Assembly: GCF_036321535.1 (NCBI RefSeq)
Contig: NC_087437.1
Span: 77,812,001-77,876,000 of the forward strand
Reading direction: 5' to 3'
From: Camelus dromedarius
Taxonomy: Eukaryota
DNA: 64,000 nt
Shown here: one piece after another, positions 39,153 to 53,950 of the stretch
How positions within the stretch are numbered: position 1 is the stretch's first letter
Layout of the letters: every line of letters begins with the position of its first letter
Notes under the pieces: generated by a model
Databases searched by the model: none
The model's input: only the letters and a program-made list of their open reading frames with translations
Told to the model about the DNA's origin: nothing
Program-made: the position numbers and the translations under genes

Positions 39153-42100
39153 ATAGTGTCCATGAAAATATGTAGCAATAAAGTATGTATTTTTAAAAAT
39201 TATCATGCATTACTCTACTGCACAGATGGAAGGTTTTGACTGGTTATACACAACATTTTTGTTTATGTATTATTGGTTTGTTTGCTTTATTTTTCATTAC
39301 CTAGTTAGGTTCTATTGAAATTTCAGACGTAATTTTTTTTAATCTGAAAAAAATGTAATTTCCCAAACAGTGCTATAAAGAAATGAATTTTAACAGATTA
39401 CTAATTTACTACAAATCACTAATTTAAAAAACCGATACCTCATCCTGAAAGATAAATTTTGTAGGTCAAAATAATTGTAATTTTAAAATGAATTTAAATG
39501 AGCAGACTGCATGCTCTTTTAACATAATTTGGAGAGTAAAACGCAAGTTGCATAATCAATTGGTTTCCATTATCATTTTCTAAAATTACTGTCAAATATC
39601 ACTTCTTGTTACACCCTTTCTGGAGAAGATTAATGGTAGGATCACAGAGATACCAGCTGTTTAAATATTCTTTTTATTTACAATGCTAGCTTAATAAATA
39701 ACCAGTCTGCTTAGCAACTATAACCTTTTTTTTCAGCTGAAAAGCTTTCATGGAGATCCCCTACATGTATGGAACATTATTATTTTTTAATACTAGGCCA
39801 TTACCCTTAATATTTTAATGTTACGAGACAAATGTTCAGTGCAGTGACAAAAATAACCACTAGCTCATATATCTGGTGGCTTTAAAAAAAAAATGAAGGC
39901 TATCCAATGGGCTTTGGTAAACAGGTCTAAAAGATAAAGGAAGCAGGTGTAGAAGACATTTAATAAAACATGCCTCTCATTTTTATTCCTTTTGTGTTTG
40001 GTTTCTTGGGAATCTCTGACAGTGAACCGCAGCGTATTTGCTTCAGGCAGATGCTTTTATTCTCTCTGTCTACTGACGTGGCAACCAAGAGAAGGGTGGT
40101 GGAAGGGATGGCTGAGACCTATGTTAAGTGTTAAACAGCCAAATAGATTTTTTACAGATAAAATTAAAGTGTGAAGCAATTTAAGATATTGGTTTAATGT
40201 TTATCATCTGAAGTGGGCATGATATGGAAGCACAGATTACAGATTCCAACCGTAGGTTACACTGGAAGCATATTACGTTGGATAATTTTTTCTGTAAATA
40301 AGAACATCAACATAAATTCATGGAGAATGTTTCTTTTCAGTCCAGTATGAAGGTTATATTGAGGATAAATGAAGAAATGTTAGGTCACTAAATTATAAAG
40401 ATTCAAGATTAGTTTCTTCCTCTCTTCAGGGCCTGTTTATGACAATTTCCATCTTGAGACCAACTCCAGCACACTGTGGCACCGGCTTGTTGTTTTCCAT
40501 GCCCTCTCAGCCACACTTTCTAGTTTTAATAAACATTTTTGGTTAACTGTTTCAGACACTAGTAGTATTAATCCACCTTTGCTTTGTATAATGGTCTACA
40601 CTCCAACTACCACGTCTACACGAGAGAGACTAATAGCAGTGGAATTATTAAGAGATATGTAGATGACGTGTTTCATGAATTACCTTTTAAAAGTAGCGAT
40701 TCTGAAATATTTATTGGAGTCAGGACTGTAATGTCTACTCCTTGCACTTTGCCCAATGTCTAATTCCTACATTAACAAGATTAGCACGAAATTTAACATA
40801 GTGTTTATATATATATATATTCCTAGTATTTATAATATAGGCATTATATGTAGTATTTTAAAAATATGTAGAGAGTACTCAACTGATCTGTTCCAGTGCC
40901 AGAAAACATGGATATCACAATATTTTGGAAAGAAGAACCTTTAGAAAGGTTTTTTTTCTTTCCAATCAAGAAAAGGAAGCAGTTCAAGAATATAAGGGTT
41001 TAATTTAAGAGAAAGAAAAATATTCTTAATGTCCTCATTTTTTTTTTCTAGATTTTATTGTTTCTAGGTTCATTGAACCTTAAGTGGAACATTCTGTCAA
41101 AAGGGCCTTTTAACCCTGGCAAATTTGTTGGTCAAAAAACATAAGCTTCTAATTCTAAGCTAGTCTGACATAGTTACTCAGTCATGGGGAGTTTACAAAG
41201 GACGTGAGTCATGTGATTCTAATAGCACACAGCAACTCCAGGCCTTTCTAGGCATTTAAATATTTCGTTCAGATGTTTCAGGAATACAAATGAAGGATTT
41301 AAAAATATTTTTCTCTTTTTCAAAATTCTTTTGTGTAGGGGGCAGAGAGATAAAATATATTTTATACCAATCCAGCCTTTGATTTACCTTTTATTTTATT
41401 TCAATAAACTATGATAGGTTCTCTCTAGTCTTAAAATGCTTTGTCTGGAAACTTCTTTATCATTTGTAGGCATTTTCCAATGCAAAGAACTTTTCGCATT
41501 GTGGTCAGGTTTATGGGAGAGTCCGTAGAAGCAAAGTAAGAAATCATGAAGAATTGGAGAGGAGAAGCCAAGGAATAGAGTTTAAAAGCACACGTGGGTT
41601 AGGTTATGCGGAGCCAAAATGAAGTCCTGGCTATTTCTAAATACCTAGTCAATCCTATGTACTCTCTCCAGCCAAACCCTCAAAGACACCCTAAACTTTG
41701 CCATAATTTCATGGAGTAAACAACATTGTGAAGCTCATTTAAGGACACCCTCACCCCTCACCCCTAGAAGCTCAGGGGTTAAGAGTCTTTGCTCTAAGTA
41801 AGATGTCAGACTAGACAGGGAAGTAGATGAAGAATGGTGGATACTGAAGGGGACTACAGTTTTCCTGTCTCCAGGTTCCTCTTTCCATCACCACTTAAAG
41901 TCAATCGTCAGTCTACGATGATAAAACAGTGGGGACAGAGGGCAAGAAATGGCAGCAATGGAAGTTTTAAGGCAATCTAAATCAGAGTTTGCCCTTCTCC
42001 CTGCATCCCATCTCTTCTTTTTCTCTATCTCCCAGCTCTTCATCTCTCTTCTCCTCTACTCTTTATTACAGATGAAAGACAGACACACTAGCAGGAAGGA

Positions 42101-45099
42101 CAGCTGAAGCTCATCAGAAGCAGGAGTACGGCCAACGGAAGTCCTCTGGTGGAGGAGTGAGGAAGATTACCCGGACCAGCTGCACTACTCTCCTAGTTAC
42201 CCCAGCGCCCCTCCCTCCACGTGTTCTAGCCCTCCTGTGTTTGCTTCCCCTCCATTTCCGTACTGTGCAAGGGATTATGAAGAATTAGGGACAATTCTTA
42301 GGAAAATATGAGCAGTGGTGAAGAAAAGAAAATGATTTCCTTTTTTTCCCTTTCTTCTCCACTCCTTAAGGATCACTTCTAGAACAGGACAATCATGCCT
42401 GGCATTGAGGAAAGCAGCACACTCTCCATGTCTCTCTGGAAGGAATGACTATTCAAACGTAAGAGAAATATCTCAGTCACTGTATATAAATACAAAACTA
42501 CCTATATTGTTAAACTGTACTTTTATTTAACCAATAATGGAAACATTAAAAAAAAATAAGTTTTCAAAAAATCTTTCCAATGATTCCTTTCTGTTGTTGT
42601 TAATCCTAGCCATATTTATAATATCCAGGAAAAATACATTTATACACTAATTTACATCTTGCATTTGAAGCGAGTAGTAATTCTATATTGGCTAGACCTT
42701 CTTTAACATATCCAAGGTCATTTATATCTCTGAGGAAAGTCTTTTCCAAAAACACACGATGGTATACACTACTGAACTTTGTTTGCCAGCTGTTACATTC
42801 TTTCCTCCATTCTCTATTAATCCAAGAATAACCAAAAAGATAGAGATACTCCTCATTGTCTCAGTAGAGATGTCTGGGGATTGAATCTAAATCTTACTAG
42901 ATTCTGGGTGGGCTTATGAATTTTATGGTATTTTGCCCAATGAGAGCCAAAGTCTAATTAAGAAGAACCCTAGTTGCTTAAACAGTTAACAATCTGCATA
43001 ACTGGAAAGTAACTGAGTGTTTTTCTTCATGTCAACATATTGAGGGGTTGCTTTAAAAAAAACACTTCTAAGTATTTTTGAATTCTAAGATAATATTGAA
43101 GGAACTTAGGTGCTAAGAACCTCCAAAAATAGAATGGATATAGAAATATGATTCTTTTGATTTGACACCAACTATAAGGATAATGTAATTTAAACTTGTA
43201 ATTCACCAATTTGAAAACCAAGGCCCAGATAATTTAAATGACTTGCCCAAGGACACTTAGCAAGCTAAAGTCACTAAATATAGATTGAAAAATACCCTAA
43301 CTTTCACTCAAATTAAGTTTCCAGTATATAACCCTAAAATGAGGAACAAGAGTATAACCTAAAATGAGCAAGATGGCTCCTACAAAAATAGCAAAATAGA
43401 GCTTAGTTTTGCTATGATCCTAAGGCTAGCATTTCCTTCTACTGGAGGAATAGATCTCCTATGAAAATAAATAAGTGAAATCTTCCAAGGATCTCGTTTT
43501 TGAAAGGGAGATGTCTCATTTTCTAAGAGATGAACACATCACAACCACATAGCAACTAGGTAAAGACTACTGCCCACATTCTGAAAGAATATTTTGCTAT
43601 TCCAATAACCATGTGATGATACTCCAACTCTACAGAGCCCACCCCCTTTACAGTAAAAACATTCAAAACGATGTCAGCAAAAATGCCTAGTAGTTGTAGT
43701 ATTAATCTTTATACCATGTACATACCAGTGGCTATTTAATTTATGTCTCGTTATTATAAGGTATTGGATGCTACATTTAAAACATAAGCTTATAGCTAAT
43801 CAGAAGCTAATTAAAAACTTTACACTATAATTTTCTGTGCTTGCTTTCATCTGTGGTTTTACAAGAGTAATTACATGATTTTTTTTACTGTGTAATCTAT
43901 TTGATTTTTACAGTATAATCTATTTAATTTTTACCATAAATTATTCTTTGAATCATCACTAGAGAACAAAAATCATCTCTCTAGAATCAAAAGTGTTCAG
44001 CAGAGGCACTAAAAACACAAGATTCCTCTAATGGAGGCTCTTCCTCTGACGGCTTGAGAGGGTCCACTTCTCTCTTGAGAGAGAAGAAAATTCTGGCTTC
44101 CCTGCTCTCCTCAAGCCTAGCTAGATATTGTACACCAAAAAAAAAAAAAAAAAAAAAAAGGCAAATAGAGCCACTGTGTCACCAAACAGAGCACAGCCTG
44201 AACTCAAGCAAGAAAGTAATTTTTCAGAGAGATTAGCCCTTACATTGAAACAATTATAGAAGTATTTAACAATCATGAAGCACAGAACAAGACTGCAAAT
44301 GTTCTGAATTTTAGCACTGATTCCTCTATTTATGGTTTAAATAATTTAAGGCATCTTTGAGCCTCATTCTCTCCGTCTTTAGAATGGGACTCAACATAGC
44401 TGAACATGCTGCCACCCACAGCTTGGAGGCAGAATAATGAAACCAAGAGTACAGATCATGTGAAACACCCCAGAGTTCAAGTTCTAGTTCTACTGCTTAC
44501 TTCATAGTACTGAACATAATGGCAGACAGATAGCAGGTGCTCACTTTTGATTTGCTCATTCTAAGTCAATAAAGCCAGACTCCCATATTAGAAAGCAAGT
44601 TACTTTTTCCTCTTCTTCACTTATCATAGTCAGTCTATCAACAAAGCATTTGTTTCTTTGAATTGTCTATGGTGTTCTGAACATGATTTCATTGTTTCAA
44701 TGCCATTTTAGTCTGGCTGGAACTTCACACCATGATTCCTGTAAAGTCATCCTTACTTCTCCTGCTAATCTTGTCCTTTTCCAAAGAAATTTGCCTTTTT
44801 CTGTCACCTTTAGACATATCCAAGTGTTACCAAAGCCTTTAAATTCCTACCTTAAAAATCCCAAATTAGAATGTCTCTGTTTTAAGATATACTCAAAACC
44901 AGCTTACAGCTATTTAATATTATTTACCCACAACTCTGAAATCAAGCAAAGATAATTCTTCAGTATAACACCATAAAACTTCCCAGTCCTATACCAACAT
45001 GCTTTTGCTCTGAAATGCTCCCTTCATTCTCAGAACAGTAAAAATAACATAATTTTTGAATTCAAAAAATTCTAAGTATTAATATAAATTCTGATAGCT

Positions 45100-45500
45100 G
45101 ACTAGATTATTTAGGATAGCTGGCTCCTTATAAAATGGGAATAACTACTCAATAGGCTTTTGTGAGGATTGACTGAGGTAATAATAGCTAATAATGAGTA
45201 CATATATATATGTATGTGGAGATATATATATATACACACATACATAATTGATTGAGAGCATAGTGTGGCCCAGGTCCCATTCTATACCTTTTACATGTAT
45301 TTATGCATTTAATACAATAACTCTATGATGTAGATAAGATACTGTTTCTCATACATGAGGAAATTGTGGCATGGAAAGCTAGAGCAATTTTCTAGTAAAT
45401 AGTGTGTGGCTTCTGAGCTGGCACTCTTAACTACTAAAAAAATATGTATCTAGAATAGAGACCTGGTATAGTCACCCAAAATATTAGTAAATGAATAATC
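45100..45500. mobile_element. MIR fragments in both orientations (nested)
   Basis: ctccttataaaatgggaataa...tgtgaggattgactgag, then antisense atgaggaaattgtggcatgg. Confidence 0.55.
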
Positions 45501-46819
45501 TGAAATTTTAATAAAAATAGATTTCTTTAAAAAATACTAGTTGCATTTTCCCCAAACTATTCAAATAAGGGTAGCTTATCTGACTCAAGATAAAATAGCT
45601 CCATGAATCAAAGTTACTGTATATATAATTAGACCCTTACAAGCTTTATTTTCCCTCTATGAAAAGTGCATGAACTCTTAACTACAGGATCAAGGTTTAT
45701 TAAAGTGTTGATTGCTTTAGACTTTAAATACTAAGGGGCTTTTTCTTTATATTACAGAGTTAGAACAGCATTAATTTATAGAATAAAATGACATGTGTGT
45801 ATATAATTTTCTAGTTAAATGTGTGAAAATACTGTGTTATTGACTAAAGTAATTTGGCTAATACTGAACTAATACAAATCTTAGTCATTAGAGTAACAAA
45901 CATAGTCCTGGCAGATAATTAGAATTAGTACAGAACTTAAGAATACCTGATTGTATATTGCTTTTTTTTTTTCCTGAAAGAAAAGATGTTAAAAATGCCC
46001 ACAGTTAAAAAAATTATTTACTATTGAAATCCTAGGATAACTGATTCAGCCCAATGTCTTTATTAAATTGTTACCTCTGTTTGTCCTCCTCTGAAGGAAT
46101 CTGTGTACAAATGAGACTCCATAGACAGTGCTAACAGTTACTTGCAGGAATACTTGTTTTTTCCATAGACCCCAAAAAAAGCACATCCCATATTTTTATT
46201 GAATATTGGGGAGAAGGTGGATTTAGTAAAGGACCAAGGATATTATAGTAAAGAACTGAGGGCAATATAATATAATGTTTGCAGTAAATTATTACTATAA
46301 AGTTGTTACTCTAAAGACATTTTGATTCACTGCCTATAATATAGAAATGAAGATCTTGTACAAAATTTCCATTTCATCTAGCTTTTTCAAAAATGCACTA
46401 GTGGCCAGTTGTTGCTTTCATTGCTAACAGGAGAAACTTACATTAGAAGACTACAGTAAAACTGTATGACTTACCTATATCCTGTGTTGTAAAATGGGAT
46501 GGCTACCATATTTTCAAACAAAACTAGTACAACTGTTAGTTATGAGTCTAATAATTTCTGGAAAGTATGTTCAGTTGTTGAACTATGTGTCATTCCCTAG
46601 AGTCATGCCTACATTTGCTCTGTCTATTAGTGCCTTCCCCACTCGAACACTCTGTATCCCACTGACTCCTTAGGATGTGGCTACAGAAAAAAAAAACAAG
46701 TTCATCTGGCATAATTTAATAATTATCAGTGACTAAAACACCGGTAGTTTGAAAAGCTATTCTCTCTTATTGTTCAATATTTCTGTTCCGTAATACACCA
46801 AAGAAATCCAATACTGTAC

Positions 46820-46944
46820 CATGATGAACACATCCAGCATGCTGCACACATTAAATGATTGCTACAGCCCCCATAAAGGGAAGAAAGGCACTCTTTTCTC
46901 CTCTTATCACTTGTGGTCTGGAAGAGCACATATTTTGCCCAAGG
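46820..46944 (-). other. Candidate exon (125 nt)
   Basis: Minus strand tttttgctttgcctctgggatatcttacag|CCTTGGG...TTCATCATG|gtacag; reasonable acceptor, weak donor; phase-0 frame open (PWAKYVLFQTTSDKRRKECLSSLYGGCSNHLMCAACWMCSS). Confidence 0.3.
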
Positions 46945-49738
46945 CTGTAAGATATCCCAGAGGCAAAGCAAAAATTTAGCAGCATTAATTCATAATTCTG
47001 TGTCCACAAAGTGCACTAATTTAGGTAAACAGAGGAGAGTCAACAAATTTTCTGCCTAAGTGCATTACTGGTACCACTGGAAAAATCATGGAATTATTAG
47101 TTGTTTTAAAGTATTGTCACCCTAGAGAGGCCAAAACTGTTTAAAACTGAGGTCCTAGAAGTGGAGTAAAATGTTTTTAACCTTATGAAGTTTGTGACTC
47201 AAGAATAAACAAAAATCTCTCAGGAAATTTTTCAACTAGAGCACTTTGGAGCTCTAATAGATGCCGTGGATTGGGCACACTTGTGAACCCAGGATTTCTA
47301 AGGATGACAAGTCTTAATCCACTTTTTCGGGGTGGTACTTTTCTATCAGAAACCGTCTCCTTCTAGATCTTTCATTAGGATGGAGAAGGCTGAGGAAAAT
47401 AATAGATATCATTAAAAGTGATCTTTTTGTTTTTCTATTTTAAAAATAGTGAGAAGGAATTCTTGAAGTTACCAATTTTATTGGCCTTTTATGATAAAAG
47501 TTTATTACAAATAGAATATGTGGTCATTGAGATCTGATATTTTCAATGTTATACTCAACATAAAGATTACTTAATTTTTATGGACCTCAAAAGAAACGTA
47601 GCTCAGATATTATTCTTTTTTTTTCTAGCAGTTCCATAATTTGTTTCCTCCTTTTATAGGTTCTCCTCTTACATTTAATTCAATCAGCTAGAAAGTTAGT
47701 GGTGATTAGTAACTGTGTAACCAGAACCATTTGCTAATTCTCTCTGTAGCTATTTCTTCATCTTGGAAATAAAGCTAACAACTCTTAACTGCAAAAGTTT
47801 ACTGTTACTATTAAGGTAGATAGTATAATGCCTGACACCTAAAAATATGTTTTAAATAGAATCTGAGGAATATAAACAAATGTTTACTAAATCAGTTGCT
47901 CACAGGTCGCCAATCCTAAAAGAAGTGCTCCAGATTAAAGTTACTACTAATTTGTCATTCATTTCCTAGCTTTTAAAATACAACCAAATTGTGCATAAAA
48001 CCCCTGAATCGTTTACCCCATAGTCCCACAGAAGATAAATCTCTGTCTTTTTACCTTCATCTCTTTTGCACAGACACCTTCCACACCTCCACCAAAATCC
48101 ATTGCTCCCTCATTTATGTTCCCACTGTGATATCTCCATTACAGTTCTCATGTCCAGGGCCTTATAGCTAATTGTGAATATGTGTGACATTTTGGCTGCC
48201 TGGTACCTGATGGAACATGCGAAGCTCTCTAAGTGATTGCCAAACTGAACAGCCCAGGAGTGGCATTAGGAAATAAATACTCTATAACCTAAGGAAAAGA
48301 ATATCACAACAAAAATTATTATTTGGTGGGCACATCATTTCCAAAATTCAAATATATAATTCCCAAAACTGTCATCTGCCAAATCAATTCATTCAGCTCT
48401 CCAAGAGTCAGTTTATAGTTAGCTGATTTTGGCTGTTTAGATATAGTATTTCTTCAAAGCAAACATTCTTAGAGCCAAATTTGGATTCTTTAATAATGGA
48501 TGCCAGTGTGTAGAATCTGTCCTTGAATCTCACTAACTTAAAATGGTCTTCTCAATATTTTGCAATATGGAAATTTGAGAATATAATAAAGGACATTACT
48601 AGGCACTGAACACTTGGGGAGCAGTTAATTTCAAAAGAAAAGCACAAGTTTTGTCTAGGCTGCTGCAAGTATTCTCCACATGACAAGCTGGGAAAGAGAA
48701 AGCTGCTCCTTCTGAAACAAAAAGAAAAGGCAGACTTCTCACTTTCCACACTTGAGTCCTGAATATTGTATCTGTCTCCTAGGCTGTGTGCAATTTGTGG
48801 AATGAGGGAACTTCAGGAACTCTTAGCAGGCAAACCGGGAATCAATTCCTATCCAGTTTTTCCCAAAGTACAGTTCAGATGTCTGGCATTTGAGAGATGT
48901 GTGAACTGTCCCTTCCTCTGGGCTCTTTAAGCTCTCTGTCTCTATTTATAATAGCTTTTGTCCTTTCAGAGGTAAAGGCCTTGTAGAGAAAAGCAATGAA
49001 AATTCTCTTCAGAAGAATGCAAGTGAGCAGATATCACAACATTTCTCAAAGAATTAATAGACACTACAGCTTATCTATGGAATCCACATCAAGAACCTCT
49101 GTACTTAAATTAGGTCAGATCACCAAAACATCATGTGTGCATCGCATAAGTTTAGGTGAACATAAGCATGACTTAAATTGAGTTACACATCAATGAACTG
49201 TCCTGAACTTGTATTGAGAACCAATATAAAAAAGATCACTTAACTATAAGTAACGCCTTTTGCTCATTAAGTTCCTCAAAGTCTTCTTAATAAAAGTAGG
49301 AGCTAGTTTTCACTCTTTCCTTAAAATTGAAAATAAGTATGTTCTTTTTACATGAATCTTCTTCCATCTATTTTTAAAAATGGAATCTACATAACTGCCT
49401 CCTCCTCTCTTTCCACTGGATTCAAGAAATTAAAAGAGAAACTGGTATGGACTTCACAGATGCCTTCAATGTGTAGGGCACTGCATAAAATGCAACATGT
49501 ACTTAATTTCATTTGATTACTATAATAATGCAAAAAAGTCGGTTTTATGAACCCTACTTTAGCAATGAGAAAATTGAATTGCAGGAAGGTTAAGCAGCGT
49601 GCCCAAAGTTGCCTATTAGGCATATGGCACATTTCAATACTCTCTGTGACACCAACATCAAGGTTATTTCAAGTACACTATGTTGCCCAATGATATGCTT
49701 AGTGAACAAAGACAATTACTCCTTCAGCATATCCTTGG

Positions 49739-50135
49739 TGCTATGGACTGAATTCTGCTCCCCAGCCCCCAAACTGAAATGTTGAAGGCCCAATTCCCAA
49801 TGTGACTGGATTTGGAGATGCGGCCTATAAAGAGGTAAATAAGGTTACATGAATTCATAAGGGTGGCACCCTGATAGGATTACTGTTCTTATAAGAAGTA
49901 ATATCATAACCATATAATTCTCTCTCTCTCTCTGCCCCAGAAATGTGAAGACACAGAAGAAAGGCAGCCATCTGCAAGCCAGGAGGAGAGCTCTCACCAG
50001 GAACCAAACAGGCTGTCACCTTAATCTTGAGCAGTTCAGTTTCCAATACTTCCAATACCCGAGGGAAAATAAATTTCTGTTGCTTATGCCACCTGTCTGG
50101 GTGTTCTGTTATGGCAGCTCAAGTTGACTCATACA
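49739..50135 (+). mobile_element. MaLR solo LTR (MLT1A-like), complete
   Basis: TG...CA termini (tgctatggactgaat...gactcataca), perfect 5-bp TSD CTTGG at 49734-49738 and 50136-50140, internal AATAAA. Confidence 0.93.
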
Positions 50136-52869
50136 CTTGGTACAATAATGTCCATTTTCCTTTCAAATTATTTCTGATCTCTCTTTTATCTTATATTTAA
50201 AATGTCCTCAATGTATGTTTTAATTTTATAAACAACTTAAATTCATGTTTGTGAAAAGAAAAACATAATTAGGAGAAAAAGGAAGAAATGAAGGTAAGAT
50301 GGAAGAAAAAACGATAGAAGAAAGGAAGAGAGAAAAGAGAACATTGAGCAGTGGCCCTAAGATGTTAGTTAGATAATTCAACTGACTATGGTAAAATTGG
50401 AGCACTTACCTTTTTGGGAATTTTTTTTTAAGTATTTAATATTTGCTAATCTTTCTTACTTTAAAATATGAAGTATTATTTATGTCCTTCAAAAATCCCA
50501 AAAAAGTTTTTATATTTGTGCTTATACGTAAAAGTCCGGTCAAGCAATCTTCCAATTATGTATCAAGATGATTAAAATGGTGAATCTATAACTGTGCCAG
50601 GCACACAGTAGGCAAGCAACAGATACTCATTTTGGGAGATACAACTGAAGTCTACCTTCACTGTGTGACCTTCTTCACAATGTGAACTACATGAAACTGT
50701 CCTTACTCGTATGTCAATATTATTTACTCATCCTCTAGGGAAATTAAATTTCTTATAACCACCTGTTTATTTTGACCACGACATACTGTTAAGTCTCAGA
50801 TTAGTAGCAGCTACTTCAACTGGAAAAATAAGACTCCTTTGGGACCACTCATGATTTCTAGTGTGCTACATTTTTAAAATTCCCTATAGGAAATTTTATT
50901 ACTATCTATTTTAAGACCTAACGAAATTTGGCACTTTATATTCATGTCCTCCTTTATCTCTGGACTCTCCCTGTCAAAATGACCTTTAAAACATCACAGT
51001 TATTGCATTCACTGTGACGTAGCCTGGGGTATCACTCTCGTCATCTCTCAAAGCAACTGTAATATACTTCTCTCCTGACTTATTACCTCATTTCCCATTA
51101 GTGCTCTAGTTCCCTGATCTCTGGTTTTTGTTTTCATTTTTACTGGTTATGTCTTTTATAGTCCAAACGTAACTGTTTGATCCTACGTTTTCAAATGCAG
51201 CAATGAAAAGAAGTGGCACCAATCTGAATGTGATTCAGAAATCAAGTTGCCTATTGAACCTAAATACTTTTCAGATTTCTTTGCTAAATTTAGTTTCTTT
51301 GGACTCATTGTATCTTTTAAGGAAATAAATGATAATTCAAAATATAATATCATACTTTTTTACATTTTTCAGAGAAAGGAGGGTACTATTTTTGTGTATA
51401 TAAAAACTATATGATAGTTTTTATCTCACAGCACCCTCTTTCAGAGAACTATAAAAATCAGAGGTCCTGTAGATGTACCAGAATCTGGGGGGAAAGGGAA
51501 ATGATCTTTAAATAAAGCAAAATGTATCAACTATTCAAAGAAACAAAGAAATGGAAATTGATAAGCAAGCTTTACTTGTAAGAAGGCAAAAAAAAGGTAG
51601 AAATGAAAGAACAGGTAGATGATAAGAAAGTAAAGGAAATGTTTTAGGATTTGGTATAAAAAATAGAACTCTGGAAAAATTTCATTTGTAACAAGTTGCA
51701 TTTTTTTTTTTTTCTGGAATGAGTATTTAGGAGACTCAAGAAACTAAAGATACAATTGAATACCTAAAATGTCAAACACTAGCTATTGTCCTAAATGAGT
51801 TGTTTTTTTTTTTAAATAAAACTGCACCCTTCATTTGTATTTTGGTCAGAGCTTTCTAATGCTAAAACCCTCCAAATTCTGAGGCAGATGAATTTTAATA
51901 CATCAAATTAACTCAGTAGCAAAATCAGACCAAACCAACCAACTAAACAAAAACCCTCATACATCTGAAGAAAAAAAATCCAGTTCTCAACCATCATGAT
52001 CCATAGTTTTAGAAAAGTTTGCTCTATGAAGTGAATTTGAACCATCATTAATTTTTTTTTAATCTCATTGTAGTGCAGACAGATTGAAAGAAGCCCATCT
52101 GCTTGACTGCAGAATCAAGGAAAATGGCGCCATGCTCAACTTCTCAGCTCTTTCTTAATGGAGAATTAACTTCAAAGCTTTCTGAGCATTTTAAAATTCT
52201 TATTCTAAAGCTAGCCAACGTACACAATGCGTCATGTGAGAAATGGAAATCTAATTTTTAAATGGATGGCTAGTGAAGATTGCTGTTTAATACTCTTAAA
52301 ACCAAAAGACCCACCTCTTCAACACCTTGATTCTGTTTTACCTTTAAAAACCAAGTAAGAAACACTTTCAAAACACACAAGATTTGCATTAAAGTTTATA
52401 CTCAATGAATTTAAAGACTCCTGTAAGAAAGAATGAGCACAGCCATACATCACAGGAGGAAATGAAAATGAGACACATGTCTTTATTCAGGGTGAGTCAG
52501 CACCCATGCACCATGCAATCAGACCCCTCAAGTTAATCAGCAGAAGGACAATTCTTTTGTGTGTGTGTGTGCGTGTGTGATAATTTTAACCACAACATCA
52601 TGTCCTCAAGTTATAGTAAAGAAAATAATATTCATTCCTGGAAAAAAAAGGTGGGGGAGGGGTAATAATTCCTCCCTTTCCAGTGGCACAAAATGGCTCA
52701 TCATCAATCATTTAAAGAATATTGACAAAAAGAAGGAACAAATTTGGTTCTGTATATCCTAGGAGAATATACAATAAAAGGGCATGAATGCTTCACACTA
52801 ATCAAAATCACTGCTACTACTTCAAAAAAACAAAACAAAAGCCTCTAAATATAAGCGGAAAAAAGAAGA

Positions 52870-53100
52870 AGTAACATTTATAGAAAATACACTATGTTAA
52901 GTGCTTTACATATGTTACCTTATTCAACTTTCCTAATCATCATGGGGAGAGTATAATTATCTCCCAGTTTCCTGACTTTAAAAAAAACAGACAAAAATCT
53001 TCACAAAACTTCAGACTAAATAATTTGTTCAAAGTAATAGTGTCAGCAAGTGGTCCTGCTGGGATTTGAGCCCAGGTCTGAATGGTTAACAAAAGCCTAT
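52870..53100 (-). mobile_element. MIR SINE
   Basis: aagtgctttacatatgttacctt...gctgggatttgagcccaggtctg. Confidence 0.65.
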
Positions 53101-53950
53101 TCATTTCACTTGACAATTATTTACTAAATATCTATTACTCATCTATTTTATGTATTTGGGCCAAGATGGTGAAAAAAATGGAACTGTCACTGTCCTCAAG
53201 GAACATAACTATCAGTTAGAGAACACCATACATGGAATGAGTAAAGACAACACAGTGAATGTAGTGTAAAAATTCTAGAGGATTTATATTAGTAAATATA
53301 AATATTAGTAAATATATAGGTCAGCAGGGGGTGGAGTGGGGGGGAGGGTGATATCAGGAAAGCTTTGGGGAAAAGTCACGAGAACTGAAGGGTAAGAGTT
53401 AGCCAGTAGACACAAGAGCTGTAGATGCGGAGGAAATGGTGTGTGTAAAGGCCTGGGAGGGGAGTGGGGCAGGGGAATTTTGGGGAATAAAGAAGTTCAG
53501 TAAAGCTGAAGCTTGGGTACAGAGAGATGAATGTCACTAGGGAGGTAACTAGCCGATGGTGTTGTGGTTTTCCCATAGCTCATATCTTATAAGAGGTTAA
53601 AAGATGCTACTGAAATATCTGAAGCCAGGGATAACACAATCAGATTTGGATTTTCTAAAAATCTCTCCAGCTATTGTATGAGAATAGATTGTAAGGCTTA
53701 CAAAGGAAGTGTGGGGAATTGAGTTAGAAAGCTACTGAAGTAGCTCCAGGAAGAAATGAAGAGCATGGCTGTGTGTAGAAATGGAGAAAATTTACTGAGA
53801 TGCAACAATTATCTAGAAGTAAAATCAACAGAACTTGTTGATTAACTCTGGGATAGGATGGATGGAGAGATGTCAAGGCTAATTCAGAATACTGGTCTAA
53901 AAATTGGTTGAATGATTTATCAAGATTGGGACCACAGAAGGAGGGGCAAT
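53100..53950 (-). mobile_element. L2 LINE fragment
   Basis: ctgtcctcaaggaacataact...gtgtaaaggcctgggagg...acaatcagatttggattt...atctctccagct...gaagtaaaatcaacagaacttg, typical antisense L2. Confidence 0.75.

Noticed and set aside
40023..40095. Plus-strand exon candidate (tctctgacag|TGAACCGCAGCG...)
   Set aside because: No convincing donor and no partner exons
41990..42130. Long polypyrimidine tract ending acag|ATG on the plus strand
   Set aside because: The frame closes after 11 codons and no good donor follows; probably low-complexity or old LTR-derived sequence
53326..53350. G-run cluster (possible G-quadruplex); similar cluster at 8941-8963
   Set aside because: Both lie inside decayed L2 copies with irregular runs and no regulatory context
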